DNA of 64,000 bases, taken from Patescibacteria group bacterium (lineage in GTDB: Bacteria > Patescibacteriota > Patescibacteriia > UBA9934 > GWF2-40-263). The notes under the pieces are model-generated. The model saw only the letters and a program-made list of their open reading frames with translations, ran no database searches and was not told the origin of the DNA. Made by a program: the position numbers and the translations under genes. Positions 40,230 to 49,709 of this stretch are shown one piece after another. The DNA lies in contig JBAZTR010000001.1 of NCBI GenBank assembly GCA_041661745.1, forward strand, positions 79,740 to 143,739, given 5' to 3'. Position 1 is the first letter of the stretch. Every line of letters begins with the position of its first letter.

Positions 40230-41144
40230 ATGCCGGCTCCTACCTTCGACGACCTGCCCAGTTTCAACATCCCTCTGGAAATTGCCGACAAGGGGTGCTG
40301 CGGAAAGGCACTCAGAGCAGCCGAATTTCTCTACAAGCACTTCGGTCTGTCGCCACAGATGGTTCCAAGAACCCTGATCGTTCTGGGCAGCGGCCTCGGC
40401 GAAGCTCTCGTCATCAAGGATGAGCAGGCCATCGACCTCTCCGAGATCCCTGGATTCGAAGGACTGCCGACTCACCCGACGCACAAGCGCCAGCTCTGCT
40501 TCGGCTCGATCAGTGGGCGGCTGGTGTTCGTCCTGCGCGGGCGGATCCACTTGAACGAAGGCCCGAACGACCAGGCCCACCTCGATCGCCTTCGCCTCAT
40601 GACCGAGATGTTCTGCGTCATCGGCGTCAAGAACTATGTTCTCACCGCGGCCGTCGGCGCCATCTACTACGCTCTGCCGTGGTGGAAGCGCGTGTTCGTG
40701 CCAAACCCCCTGGGGGCCATGGCCTTCATCGACGGCTTCTTCACCCAGTTCGCCCCAGTGCGCTGCGGCCGCAGTGCCGAGTTCGCCTGCAAGGAAGGCC
40801 TGCTCGACCCGGAGCTTATCCAGAAAGCCGAACGCGTCGCTCGGTTGTCCGGCTTCAGAACGGTCAGGGGCGTTCACGGCATGATCATCGGCCCCTACTT
40901 CGAAACCTGGTTCGACAAGCTGACCCTGGCCAAACTCGGGGTCAAGGTCGTCGGCATGTCCATTCTGCCCGAGGTGGACATCGTTTCACTCTACAACGAC
41001 GGAACCATGAGGGTGCTGCCGGTTGGCCTCGTCACCAACCTCGACCGCGGCAGGCACAGCGACAAGGAGATCCGCGCCAAGGTCGGGGGTGCGGTCGTGA
41101 AATTCGCTGATTTCATCGGCGGCTTGCTCCAGGTCATCGGCTAG
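40230..41144 (+). CDS. PNP/PunA-family nucleoside phosphorylase (PNP_UDP_1 fold)
   Basis: LIVLGSGLGEAL phosphate-binding loop and VVGMSILPEV motif. GC3-rich codons. Confidence 0.65.
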   Translation: MPAPTFDDLPSFNIPLEIADKGCCGKALRAAEFLYKHFGLSPQMVPRTLIVLGSGLGEALVIKDEQAIDLSEIPGFEGLPTHPTHKRQLCFGSISGRLVFVLRGRIHLNEGPNDQAHLDRLRLMTEMFCVIGVKNYVLTAAVGAIYYALPWWKRVFVPNPLGAMAFIDGFFTQFAPVRCGRSAEFACKEGLLDPELIQKAERVARLSGFRTVRGVHGMIIGPYFETWFDKLTLAKLGVKVVGMSILPEVDIVSLYNDGTMRVLPVGLVTNLDRGRHSDKEIRAKVGGAVVKFADFIGGLLQVIG

Positions 41145-41152
41145 CTCCTCTC

Positions 41153-41180
41153 TACACCCCTCGCCGGGTGTATTTTTTTT
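41153..41180 (+). terminator. rho-independent terminator
   Basis: tacaccc-ctcgcc-gggtgta hairpin followed by T8. Confidence 0.55.
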
Positions 41181-41276
41181 ATAAAAAATATCAAAAAAGG
41201 AGGCTTGACCGTTTCTAGTTTTTGTGGTTAAGATATCGGGCCAGCAACCGCTGGATAGTGATAGGGGGTTTGAACC

Positions 41277-42476
41277 ATGGGTAGCCTTTTCCCAGGATTC
41301 TTGGCATTCTTGGCTGATGTGCCCGCGGCCGAGGCCAAGGCAGCGGAGATCCGCAACTTCCTTCCCCAGATCAACATGGGCGAAGTGAGGACCGAGTTCT
41401 CGCCCGAAGACGTCCACGGCATCCTGTGCGCGATCCTGAAGCCGCTGGAGGACATTCCCGCTGGCTTCAGTCTCCAGGACGAAGCCGGTCACGGGTCGGG
41501 CCACATGCGGCGGGACTTGCTCCACGCCGTTCTCCTCGGCACCCGCCTCAAGGACATCGACGCGAGCCATTGCTTCCCGGCGATCATCGCCGGAACCCTT
41601 CACGACGTGGGCTGCTTCATCGTCAAGCGCTACGGGGATGCTCACGAGCTTCTCCGCCACGCCGAGGTCGGGGCCCTGTACGTGAACTACGTCCTGGAAC
41701 AGCTTGGCCTGGTCAACACCGCCGAGCGGATGGCCATCGTCTACGGCATCGCCGCCCACACCCACTACCTGGGACCGCAGACGGTCAAGCTGAAGGATGG
41801 TCGGGAGGTGGTGATTCAGCCATACCCCGACATGATCAACGGCAAGCCGGTCTGGTTCGTGTGGATCACCCGCTGGGTCGATCGCCTCGACTGCGGCGGT
41901 GGGGCCTTCGTCGGTCGTCACTTCCTGACCCTGCTCAAGGCGCACCAGGACTACGACGGCAAGAACTTCTACGAGGTCAGCTTCGCCGAGCACCTTCGGC
42001 CGATCCGCCGGCCGCCCGAGGAGATCAAGGCGGCGGGTGGCAAGCGCACGATGGCCGAACACCTCCAGATGTTCGTCGACACCCAGAACAACGAATCACC
42101 GTACGGCCAGCACGACTTCGGCCTGATGGTCGAGCTGCGTGACGCCTACAAGGCCCGCCTGCAGCGAGTCATCGAGGCCGTGCTCCAGCCGGACGACGGA
42201 GTGGAGCCGACCGAAGTTGACGAGATGATTGTCAGGCACTGGCTCAATCGTGTCGAGCCGAGCTACCTCGGAAGGACGACGGCCAGGGATCTGCTGATCA
42301 AGCTGCACGACCTCGACCCGGCGTCGCGGCGGGCCTGGATGCGTGGCTTCCGGGTCGCGTCCGAAGAGTACGCCGCCTGGACCCGTGAGGCATGCGGGGT
42401 CATGGCGGACATCCATGTCCTCGTCTTCCCGTTGCCGATCTTCGGCGGCATCGCCGATGTCCTCTGGATGCCGTAG
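41277..42476 (+). CDS. HD-domain metal-dependent phosphohydrolase
   Basis: H...HD...H...H pattern (HMRRDLLH, GTLHDVG, GIAAHTHY) and a C-terminal region of about 200 aa of unknown function. High GC. Confidence 0.6.
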   Translation: MGSLFPGFLAFLADVPAAEAKAAEIRNFLPQINMGEVRTEFSPEDVHGILCAILKPLEDIPAGFSLQDEAGHGSGHMRRDLLHAVLLGTRLKDIDASHCFPAIIAGTLHDVGCFIVKRYGDAHELLRHAEVGALYVNYVLEQLGLVNTAERMAIVYGIAAHTHYLGPQTVKLKDGREVVIQPYPDMINGKPVWFVWITRWVDRLDCGGGAFVGRHFLTLLKAHQDYDGKNFYEVSFAEHLRPIRRPPEEIKAAGGKRTMAEHLQMFVDTQNNESPYGQHDFGLMVELRDAYKARLQRVIEAVLQPDDGVEPTEVDEMIVRHWLNRVEPSYLGRTTARDLLIKLHDLDPASRRAWMRGFRVASEEYAAWTREACGVMADIHVLVFPLPIFGGIADVLWMP

Positions 42477-42494
42477 ACACTCCTGCGGCTCCTG

Positions 42495-42530
42495 CGGTCA
42501 ACCTTCTCAGGTTGGCCGCTTTTTTAATAA
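42495..42530 (+). terminator. rho-independent terminator
   Basis: gcggtcaacc-ttctca-ggttggccgc hairpin followed by T6. Confidence 0.55.
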
Positions 42531-42603
42531 AAAAATCCGACCCTGCGAGGCAGAGTCGGCGAGTGGAGTGGAAGTTGAAGACGATGGTGGCAGGGCGGCC
42601 TTG

Positions 42604-42972
42604 CTATTCACAGACCTCCACCCTCGTGCCGTCCACCATGAACTTGGTTCTCCGACCCGACGAGGTGTCGAGGAAGGTCACGACTGCGAACCTCCTCGAG
42701 TTCGGCGGGTCACCCTCGACAGAGGTGAGATCCCTGAACAGGGGGAGGGTGGGCTGCTGCCTGTACTGGAGGTACAGCGTGTACCCCAAGTTCTCGAGCT
42801 TGTCCACGACCATGTCCCGCTCCTTCGCCGTCTTGAAGAAGAGGACGGCGAAAACGATGGCGACGGCGAGGAGAACGAGAGCCAGGCCGACGAGCGACCC
42901 GCAAAGAAAAACAAGTGGATTCATGATTCCCTCGGGGTGCAGTGGTTCACGTCGCACGCGAGAGATTAGCAA
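42604..42972 (-). CDS. small membrane protein (one TM), high-GC island
   Basis: 122-aa ORF with one TM helix. A minus-strand terminator hairpin lies at about 42536-42563. Confidence 0.45.
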   Translation of the reverse strand: MLISRVRREPLHPEGIMNPLVFLCGSLVGLALVLLAVAIVFAVLFFKTAKERDMVVDKLENLGYTLYLQYRQQPTLPLFRDLTSVEGDPPNSRRFAVVTFLDTSSGRRTKFMVDGTRVEVCE

Positions 42973-43032
42973 AAAAACTGTTACAAGTCAAGCCTTTCGT
43001 GACCAGTGATTTCGTGATATTCTGTCCTCGTT

Positions 43033-43623
43033 ATGAGTATGGATGCCGCATGGGTTTATAAGGAGTTATTTGCCGAATATGGCCATCAACACTGGTGGCC
43101 TAAACATAAGGGCAAAAAACGTCGTGGTTTTGACCCGCGCTTTGAAATAATTGTCGGGGCCGTGCTTACTCAAAACACGTCTTGGAAAAATGTTGAGAAG
43201 GCTATCGAATGTTTATTCGAAAAGAACCTGCTCGACGCCATCTCGATTGCCGAAGCACCGATAAAACGACTTGAGACATGTATTCGTTCGTCGGGTTACT
43301 ACAAACAAAAAGCCAAGAAGTTAAAAATCGTTGCCAACTTTTTCCTTGAACACAAAAAGAAACCGAGCAGGGAAGAACTTCTGTCTTTATGGGGCATTGG
43401 ACGCGAGACGGCTGATTCAATTCTTTTGTACGCTTTCAATCATCCAATTTTCGTTGTTGATGCTTACACTCGCCGACTTCTTGCCGCGCACGGACAAAAG
43501 AAGCTGGCCGAAGCTGATTATGATAAAATAAGAATGTTTTTTGAAACGCATTTACCATCCGATTATAAATTGTTTAACGAGTATCATGCGTTAATTGTGG
43601 CTTGGGGAAAAATTAAAAAATAA
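43033..43623 (+). CDS. HhH-GPD superfamily DNA glycosylase (endonuclease III-like)
   Basis: VLTQNTSWKNVEKA and LWGIGRETADSILLYAF helix-hairpin-helix motifs. No FeS Cys cluster. Confidence 0.7.
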   Translation: MSMDAAWVYKELFAEYGHQHWWPKHKGKKRRGFDPRFEIIVGAVLTQNTSWKNVEKAIECLFEKNLLDAISIAEAPIKRLETCIRSSGYYKQKAKKLKIVANFFLEHKKKPSREELLSLWGIGRETADSILLYAFNHPIFVVDAYTRRLLAAHGQKKLAEADYDKIRMFFETHLPSDYKLFNEYHALIVAWGKIKK

Positions 43624-43626
43624 ATT

Positions 43627-44088
43627 ATGCGAGAAAGAATAATGTCACCTGATGAAACTAAGAAGGATCCGGCCGAATACGATGTTCCACACCATCGAAT
43701 AAGTATTGAATTAGGTGGACAAGAAGTTGGTTATGCCGAAATGCTTTATTTTAGTGAACCAACTAGATTTTTTTACCTTGATTTCGTAAGAGTAAAACCA
43801 GAAAATCGTGGTTTAAGATTAGGTAGTTATATTGTTGAGTCGGTTAATAAATTTTTGGATCAAAAAAAACTCCCTGGTGTTTTGATGAATATCATTAAGT
43901 CAGATGAAGCGGCCACGGGAATTTACGAAAGACACGGTTGGCAAACGACTGAATTTGATAACTTTATGATTTATTCACCCCGAAAAAAAATGCCGTCTGA
44001 AATGGTAAAAAAAATGGTTCGGAGAATCAATGGATGGTGTGTTAAATTTTATGATAACAAACGGGATGAAAAACCACTGGCTGCTTAA
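43627..44088 (+). CDS. GNAT-family N-acetyltransferase
   Basis: Acetyl-CoA-binding motif region (RGLRLGSYIVE...GIYERHGWQ). Confidence 0.55.
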   Translation: MRERIMSPDETKKDPAEYDVPHHRISIELGGQEVGYAEMLYFSEPTRFFYLDFVRVKPENRGLRLGSYIVESVNKFLDQKKLPGVLMNIIKSDEAATGIYERHGWQTTEFDNFMIYSPRKKMPSEMVKKMVRRINGWCVKFYDNKRDEKPLAA

Positions 44089-44090
44089 TT

Positions 44091-47057
44091 ATGCCCAAAA
44101 AGAAAACCGTAAAATCAGAACTACTTACCAATCTTAATGAAGAGCAGGTTACGGCCGTCACTCACAAAGGCGGTCCGCTTATGATTGTCGCTGGCGCGGG
44201 CACGGGCAAGACTACGGTTATCACCAAACGCATCGCGTGGCTTATCGAGCAAGGCCTGGCCACACCGGAAAATATTCTGGCTCTAACTTTTACAGAAAAG
44301 GCAGCAGCAGAAATGGAAGAGCGTGTTGATCTTCTTTTGCCTTATGGTTATGTTGATCTTCAAGTTTCCACCTTTCACTCTTTCTGTGAACGAATTTTAC
44401 GAGACTACGGGGTGGAAATTGGCCTATCCAGTGAGTTTAAACTTACCAGTGAGCTTGATGCCTGGCTCCTCGCTAGGGCGAATTTTGAGCGCTTTGAGCT
44501 TGATTACTACCGGCCGCTCGGAAACCCCACTAAGTACCTGCGTTCGCTCCTCAGCCACTTTTCGCGGGCTAAGGACGAAATGGTTAGTCCAGATGACTAT
44601 TTAGCCTATGCCGAAGCCGAGCGGGCTAACTTGGACAGCACAAACTCTGACGAAGAGGCCACTTCCGAGGTCAATCGTCTGACTGAATTAGCCAAGGCTT
44701 ATCACACTTATCAGCAAGTCTTATTAGAAAATGATTCGCTTGATTTTGGTGATTTGATTTTGTACACGCTTCATCTTTTACAAAAACGCCCGCGGGTTCT
44801 TAAGGCTTTGCGCGCTAAATATAAATTCATTTTGGTTGATGAGTTTCAGGACACCAACTGGGCTCAGTATGAATTGGTAAAACTCCTGGCCGCGCCGGAA
44901 AATAACTTAACCGTGGTTGGTGATGACGATCAAAGCGTTTACAAATTTCGTGGCGCCTCGCTTTCTAACATTTTGCAGTTTGAAAAAGATTATCCTGATT
45001 GTGCTCGGGTGATTCTGACCAAAAATTATCGTTCGGGCCAAAAGATTTTGGACAGCGCTTACGAATTCATTCAAAAAAATAACCCCAATCGTTTAGAAGG
45101 TCGGGCTGGCGCTGACGGAAAGCCGTTTGATAAGCGGTTGATTTCGCAGGCCGCGTTGGCTGGACACGTTGAACACTTGCATTATTCAACCTTGTCGGAG
45201 GAAACCCGCGGCGTGGCCGAAAAGATTTTGCTTCTGAAAGAAAAGTATCCTGATGCCAACTGGAATGATTTTGGTATTCTGATTCGTGCCAATTCCGCGG
45301 CTGATGATTTTATTGCCGCCTTTGAACGCTATCATATTCCTTATCAGTTCATGGCCATGCGCGGGCTGTATGTTAAACCGGTTATTTTGGATTTGGTTGC
45401 GTTATTGGAGGTCGTCGATAATCCATTTCAATCCCCAAGTCTTTATCGTTTGCTGTCGCACGACATTTTTAAACTGGCGCCGCATGATCTTTCAACTCTA
45501 AATCATTTTGCTCGACGTAAAGGCCGCATGCTGTATGAAGCGGCACGGCAAGCGCGGATCATCGAGGATCTTTCACCTGAAGCTGTGGCGACGGTTGAGC
45601 ATCTACTTTCACTAATCAGCAAGTTGGCCGAAGCCGCTAAAACCAAACGCGCCTCGGAGTTGGTAATAATGGCCGCCAAAGAAAGTGGCCTAATGACTTT
45701 CTTAAATAACCTGCCTGAAGCAAAGAAGCAGGAAGATTTTCGTTTCCTTCATCAGTTCCATGAACGCGTCAAAAAATTTGAGACTAGGGGCTCCGAAAGA
45801 TCGCTCCACGCCTTTCTTGAAGAATTCCGCCACGAACGCGACGCCGGTGAAGAAGGCTCGCTGTCGATTGATGCCGAAGCTGGGCCGGATTTGGTTAAAA
45901 TCATGACTATTCACGGCTCAAAAGGCCTGGAATTCCGTTTTGTCTTTATCGTTAATCTGGTTGATAGAAAATTTCCGACATCAGAGAGAAGGGAAGCAAT
46001 TGAATTACCAGAGGCTTTGGTTAAAGAAAAAGTCCCGGAAGGTGATTTGCATTTGGAAGAAGAGCGTCGTTTGTTCTACGTGGCTATGACGCGCGCCAAA
46101 GACGCTTTGTATTTCACTTCGGCTGAAGATTATGGTGGTGCACGAAAACGAAAACTCTCACGTTTCTTGGATGAACTCGGTATTGATAAGCCGGAAATTT
46201 TTTCGACCGATGCCGTTGGCCCGTTTGTTGAAAACGAAATAGTCGAAGCAGAAATTAAGTTAACTCCTTATCGCATTCCAAAACAATTAAGCTTTACTCA
46301 ACTTCGCGCTTTTGAATCGTGTCCGTTGCAATATAAATTCGCGCACATTTTAGAAATTCCGGTTTTTGAATCGTGGTCGTTGTCTTTTGGTAAAACCATG
46401 CACAACACCCTGCAAGCTTTCTTTCAATTGTGGCTGGAACGTGTTGGGGCACAGCAGACTTCGCTTTTTGCAAAACCTACGGTGGCTCCGAAAGAAGGTG
46501 AATTGCCGGTTTCTCTAGACGAACTTTTGAAATTGTATAAAGAAAAATGGCTTGACGATTGGTATCAAGATCAAAAACAACGCGATGAATATTTTAAGTC
46601 TGGTGAAGACTCCTTGAAACAATATTTTATCCTTCTCAAAAATAATCCGCCGCGGCCTAAGTCGCTTGAACAAGGCTTCACTTTGAAGATCGGTGACGTG
46701 GCGATTAAGGGTCGCATCGACCGCATTGATGATGTCGAAGGTGGCGTTGAGCTTATCGATTACAAAACCGGAACGCCAAAAGATGAGTTAAAGAAAGAAG
46801 ATCGTGAGCAGTTGTTGATTTATCAAATGGCTATAGAGGACGTTCTTCACTTGAAACCAATTAAACTGACCTATCACTACCTTAGCAATCACACCGAGCA
46901 GTCGTTTATTGGGACACCGGAAGAATTGAGCGAACTTAAAGAAAAGATTTTGGAAGAATACGCCCGCATGAAGGACAGTAACTTTGCGGCCACTCCGGGT
47001 TGGCAGTGCGGCTTCTGCGATTTCCGCGACATCTGCGAATTTAGATCGGGTAACTAA
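44091..47057 (+). CDS. UvrD/PcrA-family helicase fused to a C-terminal PD-(D/E)XK (RecB/Cas4-like) nuclease domain with a Cys cluster
   Basis: Walker A AGAGTGKT, motif II VDEFQD, motif VI VAMTRAK. C-terminal IDRIDD...ELIDYKTG and CGFCDFRDIC. Confidence 0.8.
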   Translation: MPKKKTVKSELLTNLNEEQVTAVTHKGGPLMIVAGAGTGKTTVITKRIAWLIEQGLATPENILALTFTEKAAAEMEERVDLLLPYGYVDLQVSTFHSFCERILRDYGVEIGLSSEFKLTSELDAWLLARANFERFELDYYRPLGNPTKYLRSLLSHFSRAKDEMVSPDDYLAYAEAERANLDSTNSDEEATSEVNRLTELAKAYHTYQQVLLENDSLDFGDLILYTLHLLQKRPRVLKALRAKYKFILVDEFQDTNWAQYELVKLLAAPENNLTVVGDDDQSVYKFRGASLSNILQFEKDYPDCARVILTKNYRSGQKILDSAYEFIQKNNPNRLEGRAGADGKPFDKRLISQAALAGHVEHLHYSTLSEETRGVAEKILLLKEKYPDANWNDFGILIRANSAADDFIAAFERYHIPYQFMAMRGLYVKPVILDLVALLEVVDNPFQSPSLYRLLSHDIFKLAPHDLSTLNHFARRKGRMLYEAARQARIIEDLSPEAVATVEHLLSLISKLAEAAKTKRASELVIMAAKESGLMTFLNNLPEAKKQEDFRFLHQFHERVKKFETRGSERSLHAFLEEFRHERDAGEEGSLSIDAEAGPDLVKIMTIHGSKGLEFRFVFIVNLVDRKFPTSERREAIELPEALVKEKVPEGDLHLEEERRLFYVAMTRAKDALYFTSAEDYGGARKRKLSRFLDELGIDKPEIFSTDAVGPFVENEIVEAEIKLTPYRIPKQLSFTQLRAFESCPLQYKFAHILEIPVFESWSLSFGKTMHNTLQAFFQLWLERVGAQQTSLFAKPTVAPKEGELPVSLDELLKLYKEKWLDDWYQDQKQRDEYFKSGEDSLKQYFILLKNNPPRPKSLEQGFTLKIGDVAIKGRIDRIDDVEGGVELIDYKTGTPKDELKKEDREQLLIYQMAIEDVLHLKPIKLTYHYLSNHTEQSFIGTPEELSELKEKILEEYARMKDSNFAATPGWQCGFCDFRDICEFRSGN

Positions 47058-47058
47058 T

Positions 47059-47361
47059 ATGTTACAGCTTAAAGATCTGTTATCAGACGCTCTTCGCCGC
47101 GGCCATATTGGTCGCGAAATTGCCGCGGTAAAAATTACCGAAGCTTTTGATGAGTTGGTTCAAGAAAATCTACCACTGTCTCGAAAAAAAGATGTTTTTG
47201 CTATATCTTTTAAAGATGGCGTGTTAGAAGCCGGATGTAAAAATAGTATGGCCATGCATTGGTTAACCATGCGCGAACAAGATTTTTTAATTGCTTTATC
47301 GCATCGCATGTCCGAAGTCAGTGTTAAAAAAATAAAAGCAAAAATAAAATATGACTTTTAA
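47059..47361 (+). CDS. DUF721/DciA-like protein
   Basis: About 100 aa with KITEAFDELV...FKDGVLEAGCKNSMAMHWL. Family assignment is from memory only. Confidence 0.4.
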   Translation: MLQLKDLLSDALRRGHIGREIAAVKITEAFDELVQENLPLSRKKDVFAISFKDGVLEAGCKNSMAMHWLTMREQDFLIALSHRMSEVSVKKIKAKIKYDF

Positions 47362-47746
47362 ACAATTTTTATTGACCATGCTTGCGGCCACGGCCGTTGT
47401 TTGGCTGGCGTGGTTGTTCATTTTATTTAACATTGATCCAATGACCTCAAGTTGGGTTAGTTTTTTATTTTTTTACTTCACCTTGGGTGTATCTTTAACC
47501 GGCACAATGACGGTAATCGGGACAGCTGTTCGTCGACGCTTTCGACCAAGCGATTTAGTCTCGCGACAGGTTCTGGCCTCGTTCCGCCAATCAGTTTGGC
47601 TTTCGATAATTTTGATCGTGGCCCTGATTCTTCTGTCACAGGGGGTTTTTCACCTGTGGATTATTACCCTGGTTATCTTTGTCTTTGCTTTGGTGGAATT
47701 GGCTTTCTTAAGCGCCCGTCGGCGTCCTTCGGGCATGATTGGGTGA
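47351..47746 (+). CDS. hypothetical membrane protein
   Basis: Three TM helices. Confidence 0.4.
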   Translation: MTFKQFLLTMLAATAVVWLAWLFILFNIDPMTSSWVSFLFFYFTLGVSLTGTMTVIGTAVRRRFRPSDLVSRQVLASFRQSVWLSIILIVALILLSQGVFHLWIITLVIFVFALVELAFLSARRRPSGMIG

Positions 47747-47819
47747 CGACTTTTCTGTCTCAAGCCGAGTATTGTCCCCGAGAAAATAAACAGGTACTAT
47801 ATTAGTACCTGTTTATTTA

Positions 47820-48896
47820 GTGTTCGTAGATTCTGTGATCAAATTTTTCAACAATTTACTCGGTCGTTTTTCCAAGGACATTGGAATTGATTTGGGTACG
47901 GCCAACACCTTGGTTTATGTCCGGGATTCCGGCATCGTAATTAATGAGCCATCAGTGGTCGCCATCAATTCTCGCAACGACCAAATTTTTGCCGTTGGTC
48001 GTGACGCTCGCGACATGATCGGGAAAACGCCACCACATCTTACCGTGGTTAAACCGTTAACCAAAGGGGTCATTTCAGATTTTGAAGTAACGGAAAAAAT
48101 GTTAAAGTATTTTATTGATCGCATTCATCGTGACTCTAAAACCTTAGTGCCACGGCCGCGCGTAGTTATTGGTGTGCCGCCAGAAATTACCGAGGTTGAA
48201 CGCAAGGCCGTTGAAGACGCGGTTTTTTCCGCCGGAGCGCGTGAAGTGTTTTTGGTGGAAGAGCCAATGTTGGCCGCGATCGGAGCACGTTTGCCGGTAG
48301 CCGAATCAGTTGGAACTTTAATTGTCGATATCGGTGGCGGGACCACTGATATTGCCGTTATTTCATTGGCCGGTGTCGTAACTTGGAAATCCTTGGCTAT
48401 TGCCGGCGATGAACTTAATAAAAACATTATTACCTATAGTCGCGACGTTTTTAATCTTCTTTTAGGTGAACGACAAGCCGAGTTGGTTAAAATGCGTATT
48501 GGCAGCGCTATTCCGCAAGAGGAAGTTTTATCCATGGAAATGCGCGGTCGCGATCTTTTATCCGGCCTGCCTAAAGAAATCATTGTTAACGATAGCCAAA
48601 TTCGCGACGCGATAAATCGTTCCATTCGCACCATTGTTGAGAATGTTAAGGCCACCCTTGAAGTCACCCCACCGGAGTTGGTGGCCGATATTTACGAACG
48701 CGGTATTGTGTTAACTGGCGGCGGCGCGCTTTTACGCGGTTTTGATAAACTTCTCTCTCACGAAACAGCTATTCCGGTACGCGTGGCCGACGATCCGCTG
48801 ACTTGTGTTGTCCGCGGGGCCGGATTGTTGCTTGAAAACGAAGAACTTCTTCGTGATGTTTCCTTACCTTCATCGCGCGAAGGGGGCATCGTATAA
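47820..48896 (+). CDS. mreB: rod shape-determining protein MreB
   Basis: IGIDLGTANTLVYV phosphate-1 motif and actin-fold motifs. Confidence 0.9.
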   Translation: MFVDSVIKFFNNLLGRFSKDIGIDLGTANTLVYVRDSGIVINEPSVVAINSRNDQIFAVGRDARDMIGKTPPHLTVVKPLTKGVISDFEVTEKMLKYFIDRIHRDSKTLVPRPRVVIGVPPEITEVERKAVEDAVFSAGAREVFLVEEPMLAAIGARLPVAESVGTLIVDIGGGTTDIAVISLAGVVTWKSLAIAGDELNKNIITYSRDVFNLLLGERQAELVKMRIGSAIPQEEVLSMEMRGRDLLSGLPKEIIVNDSQIRDAINRSIRTIVENVKATLEVTPPELVADIYERGIVLTGGGALLRGFDKLLSHETAIPVRVADDPLTCVVRGAGLLLENEELLRDVSLPSSREGGIV

Positions 48897-48908
48897 TTTT
48901 TTTATATT

Positions 48909-49709
48909 ATGATGTGGCAGCAAAACTATCGTCGTTTTTTTATATGGTTGTTGCCGCCTTTGGTTTTAATAATTTTAGTTTTACTTTTCCTAAGTCTTTT
49001 ACCAAACGGCTTGGCTTTGTTTGAACGCCCGTTATCTTCGGCCGGCGGCTGGCTGGAACGACAATGGATAGCAATATTTCCTGCCAAGGAAGGGAAGACC
49101 TATTGCGCTACCAGTGACTCTGAACTTTTAATGGCCTTGGCTGTGGACCAATCGGAATTTGAAGCGTTAAAAATGGAAAACGAAAATCTGCATCTTCAAC
49201 TTGGTTTTTTTGAACGACAATCTTTTGAATACGTTCCGGCCAGAATTATTAAACGTTCGTCTTTGCCAACTGATGATGTTTTTGTAATCGATCATGGAGC
49301 CGACGACGGTATTGCCATTGGCTCGGCGGTGATCGTGGCCGACGGTCATTTAATCGGTAAGGTCATCGAGGTTAAAGGGCAAAGCGCCGTGGTGCAATCA
49401 ATTTTGGGCCGCAATACCGAAGTTGCTGTTTCTCTTTTAAATTCTTCACGCACCATTGGCCTCAGCGAAGGAAGTGGCGGGGCCTTGCTTTCGCTTCTTT
49501 TTATTCCCCAAGATGAAAACATCGCGGTTAATGATTTAGTCGTAACTTCCGGTTTGGAAGAAACAATTCCCCCGGGTTTGGTTGTTGGCGTGGTAACCGG
49601 AGTGGAACGCGATCAGGCCGCGCCATTTCAAACAGCTACGGTTGAGCCGCTAATCGATTCGCGACAATTCAACACGGTTTCAGTTATTATTCTGGAAACA
49701 GATTTATGA
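48909..49709 (+). CDS. mreC: rod shape-determining protein MreC
   Basis: TM, a coiled coil, beta-barrel domains, and position in the mreBCD operon. Confidence 0.75.
   Translation: MMWQQNYRRFFIWLLPPLVLIILVLLFLSLLPNGLALFERPLSSAGGWLERQWIAIFPAKEGKTYCATSDSELLMALAVDQSEFEALKMENENLHLQLGFFERQSFEYVPARIIKRSSLPTDDVFVIDHGADDGIAIGSAVIVADGHLIGKVIEVKGQSAVVQSILGRNTEVAVSLLNSSRTIGLSEGSGGALLSLLFIPQDENIAVNDLVVTSGLEETIPPGLVVGVVTGVERDQAAPFQTATVEPLIDSRQFNTVSVIILETDL

Larger units (their letters stand above)
40195..42985. mobile_element. high-GC (~65%) genomic island of probable foreign origin, three genes
   Basis: Abrupt GC and codon-usage shift against a host background of about 44%. Both boundaries fall in intergenic DNA next to host terminators. 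Genes carry their own terminators. Confidence 0.65.

Noticed and set aside
40155-42972. Numerous overlapping ORFs on both strands inside the high-GC island (for example 40155-40877 minus, 40986-42062 minus, 41426-42142 plus, 42343-43009 plus).
   Set aside because: High-GC DNA generates long spurious open frames. Only the frames with recognisable PNP and HD motifs plus the convergent TM ORF were kept.
40195-42985. High-GC block as an assembly chimera or contaminant.
   Set aside because: A mis-join gives one breakpoint. Here host-type DNA resumes on both sides within the same contig, and the boundaries coincide with host terminators.
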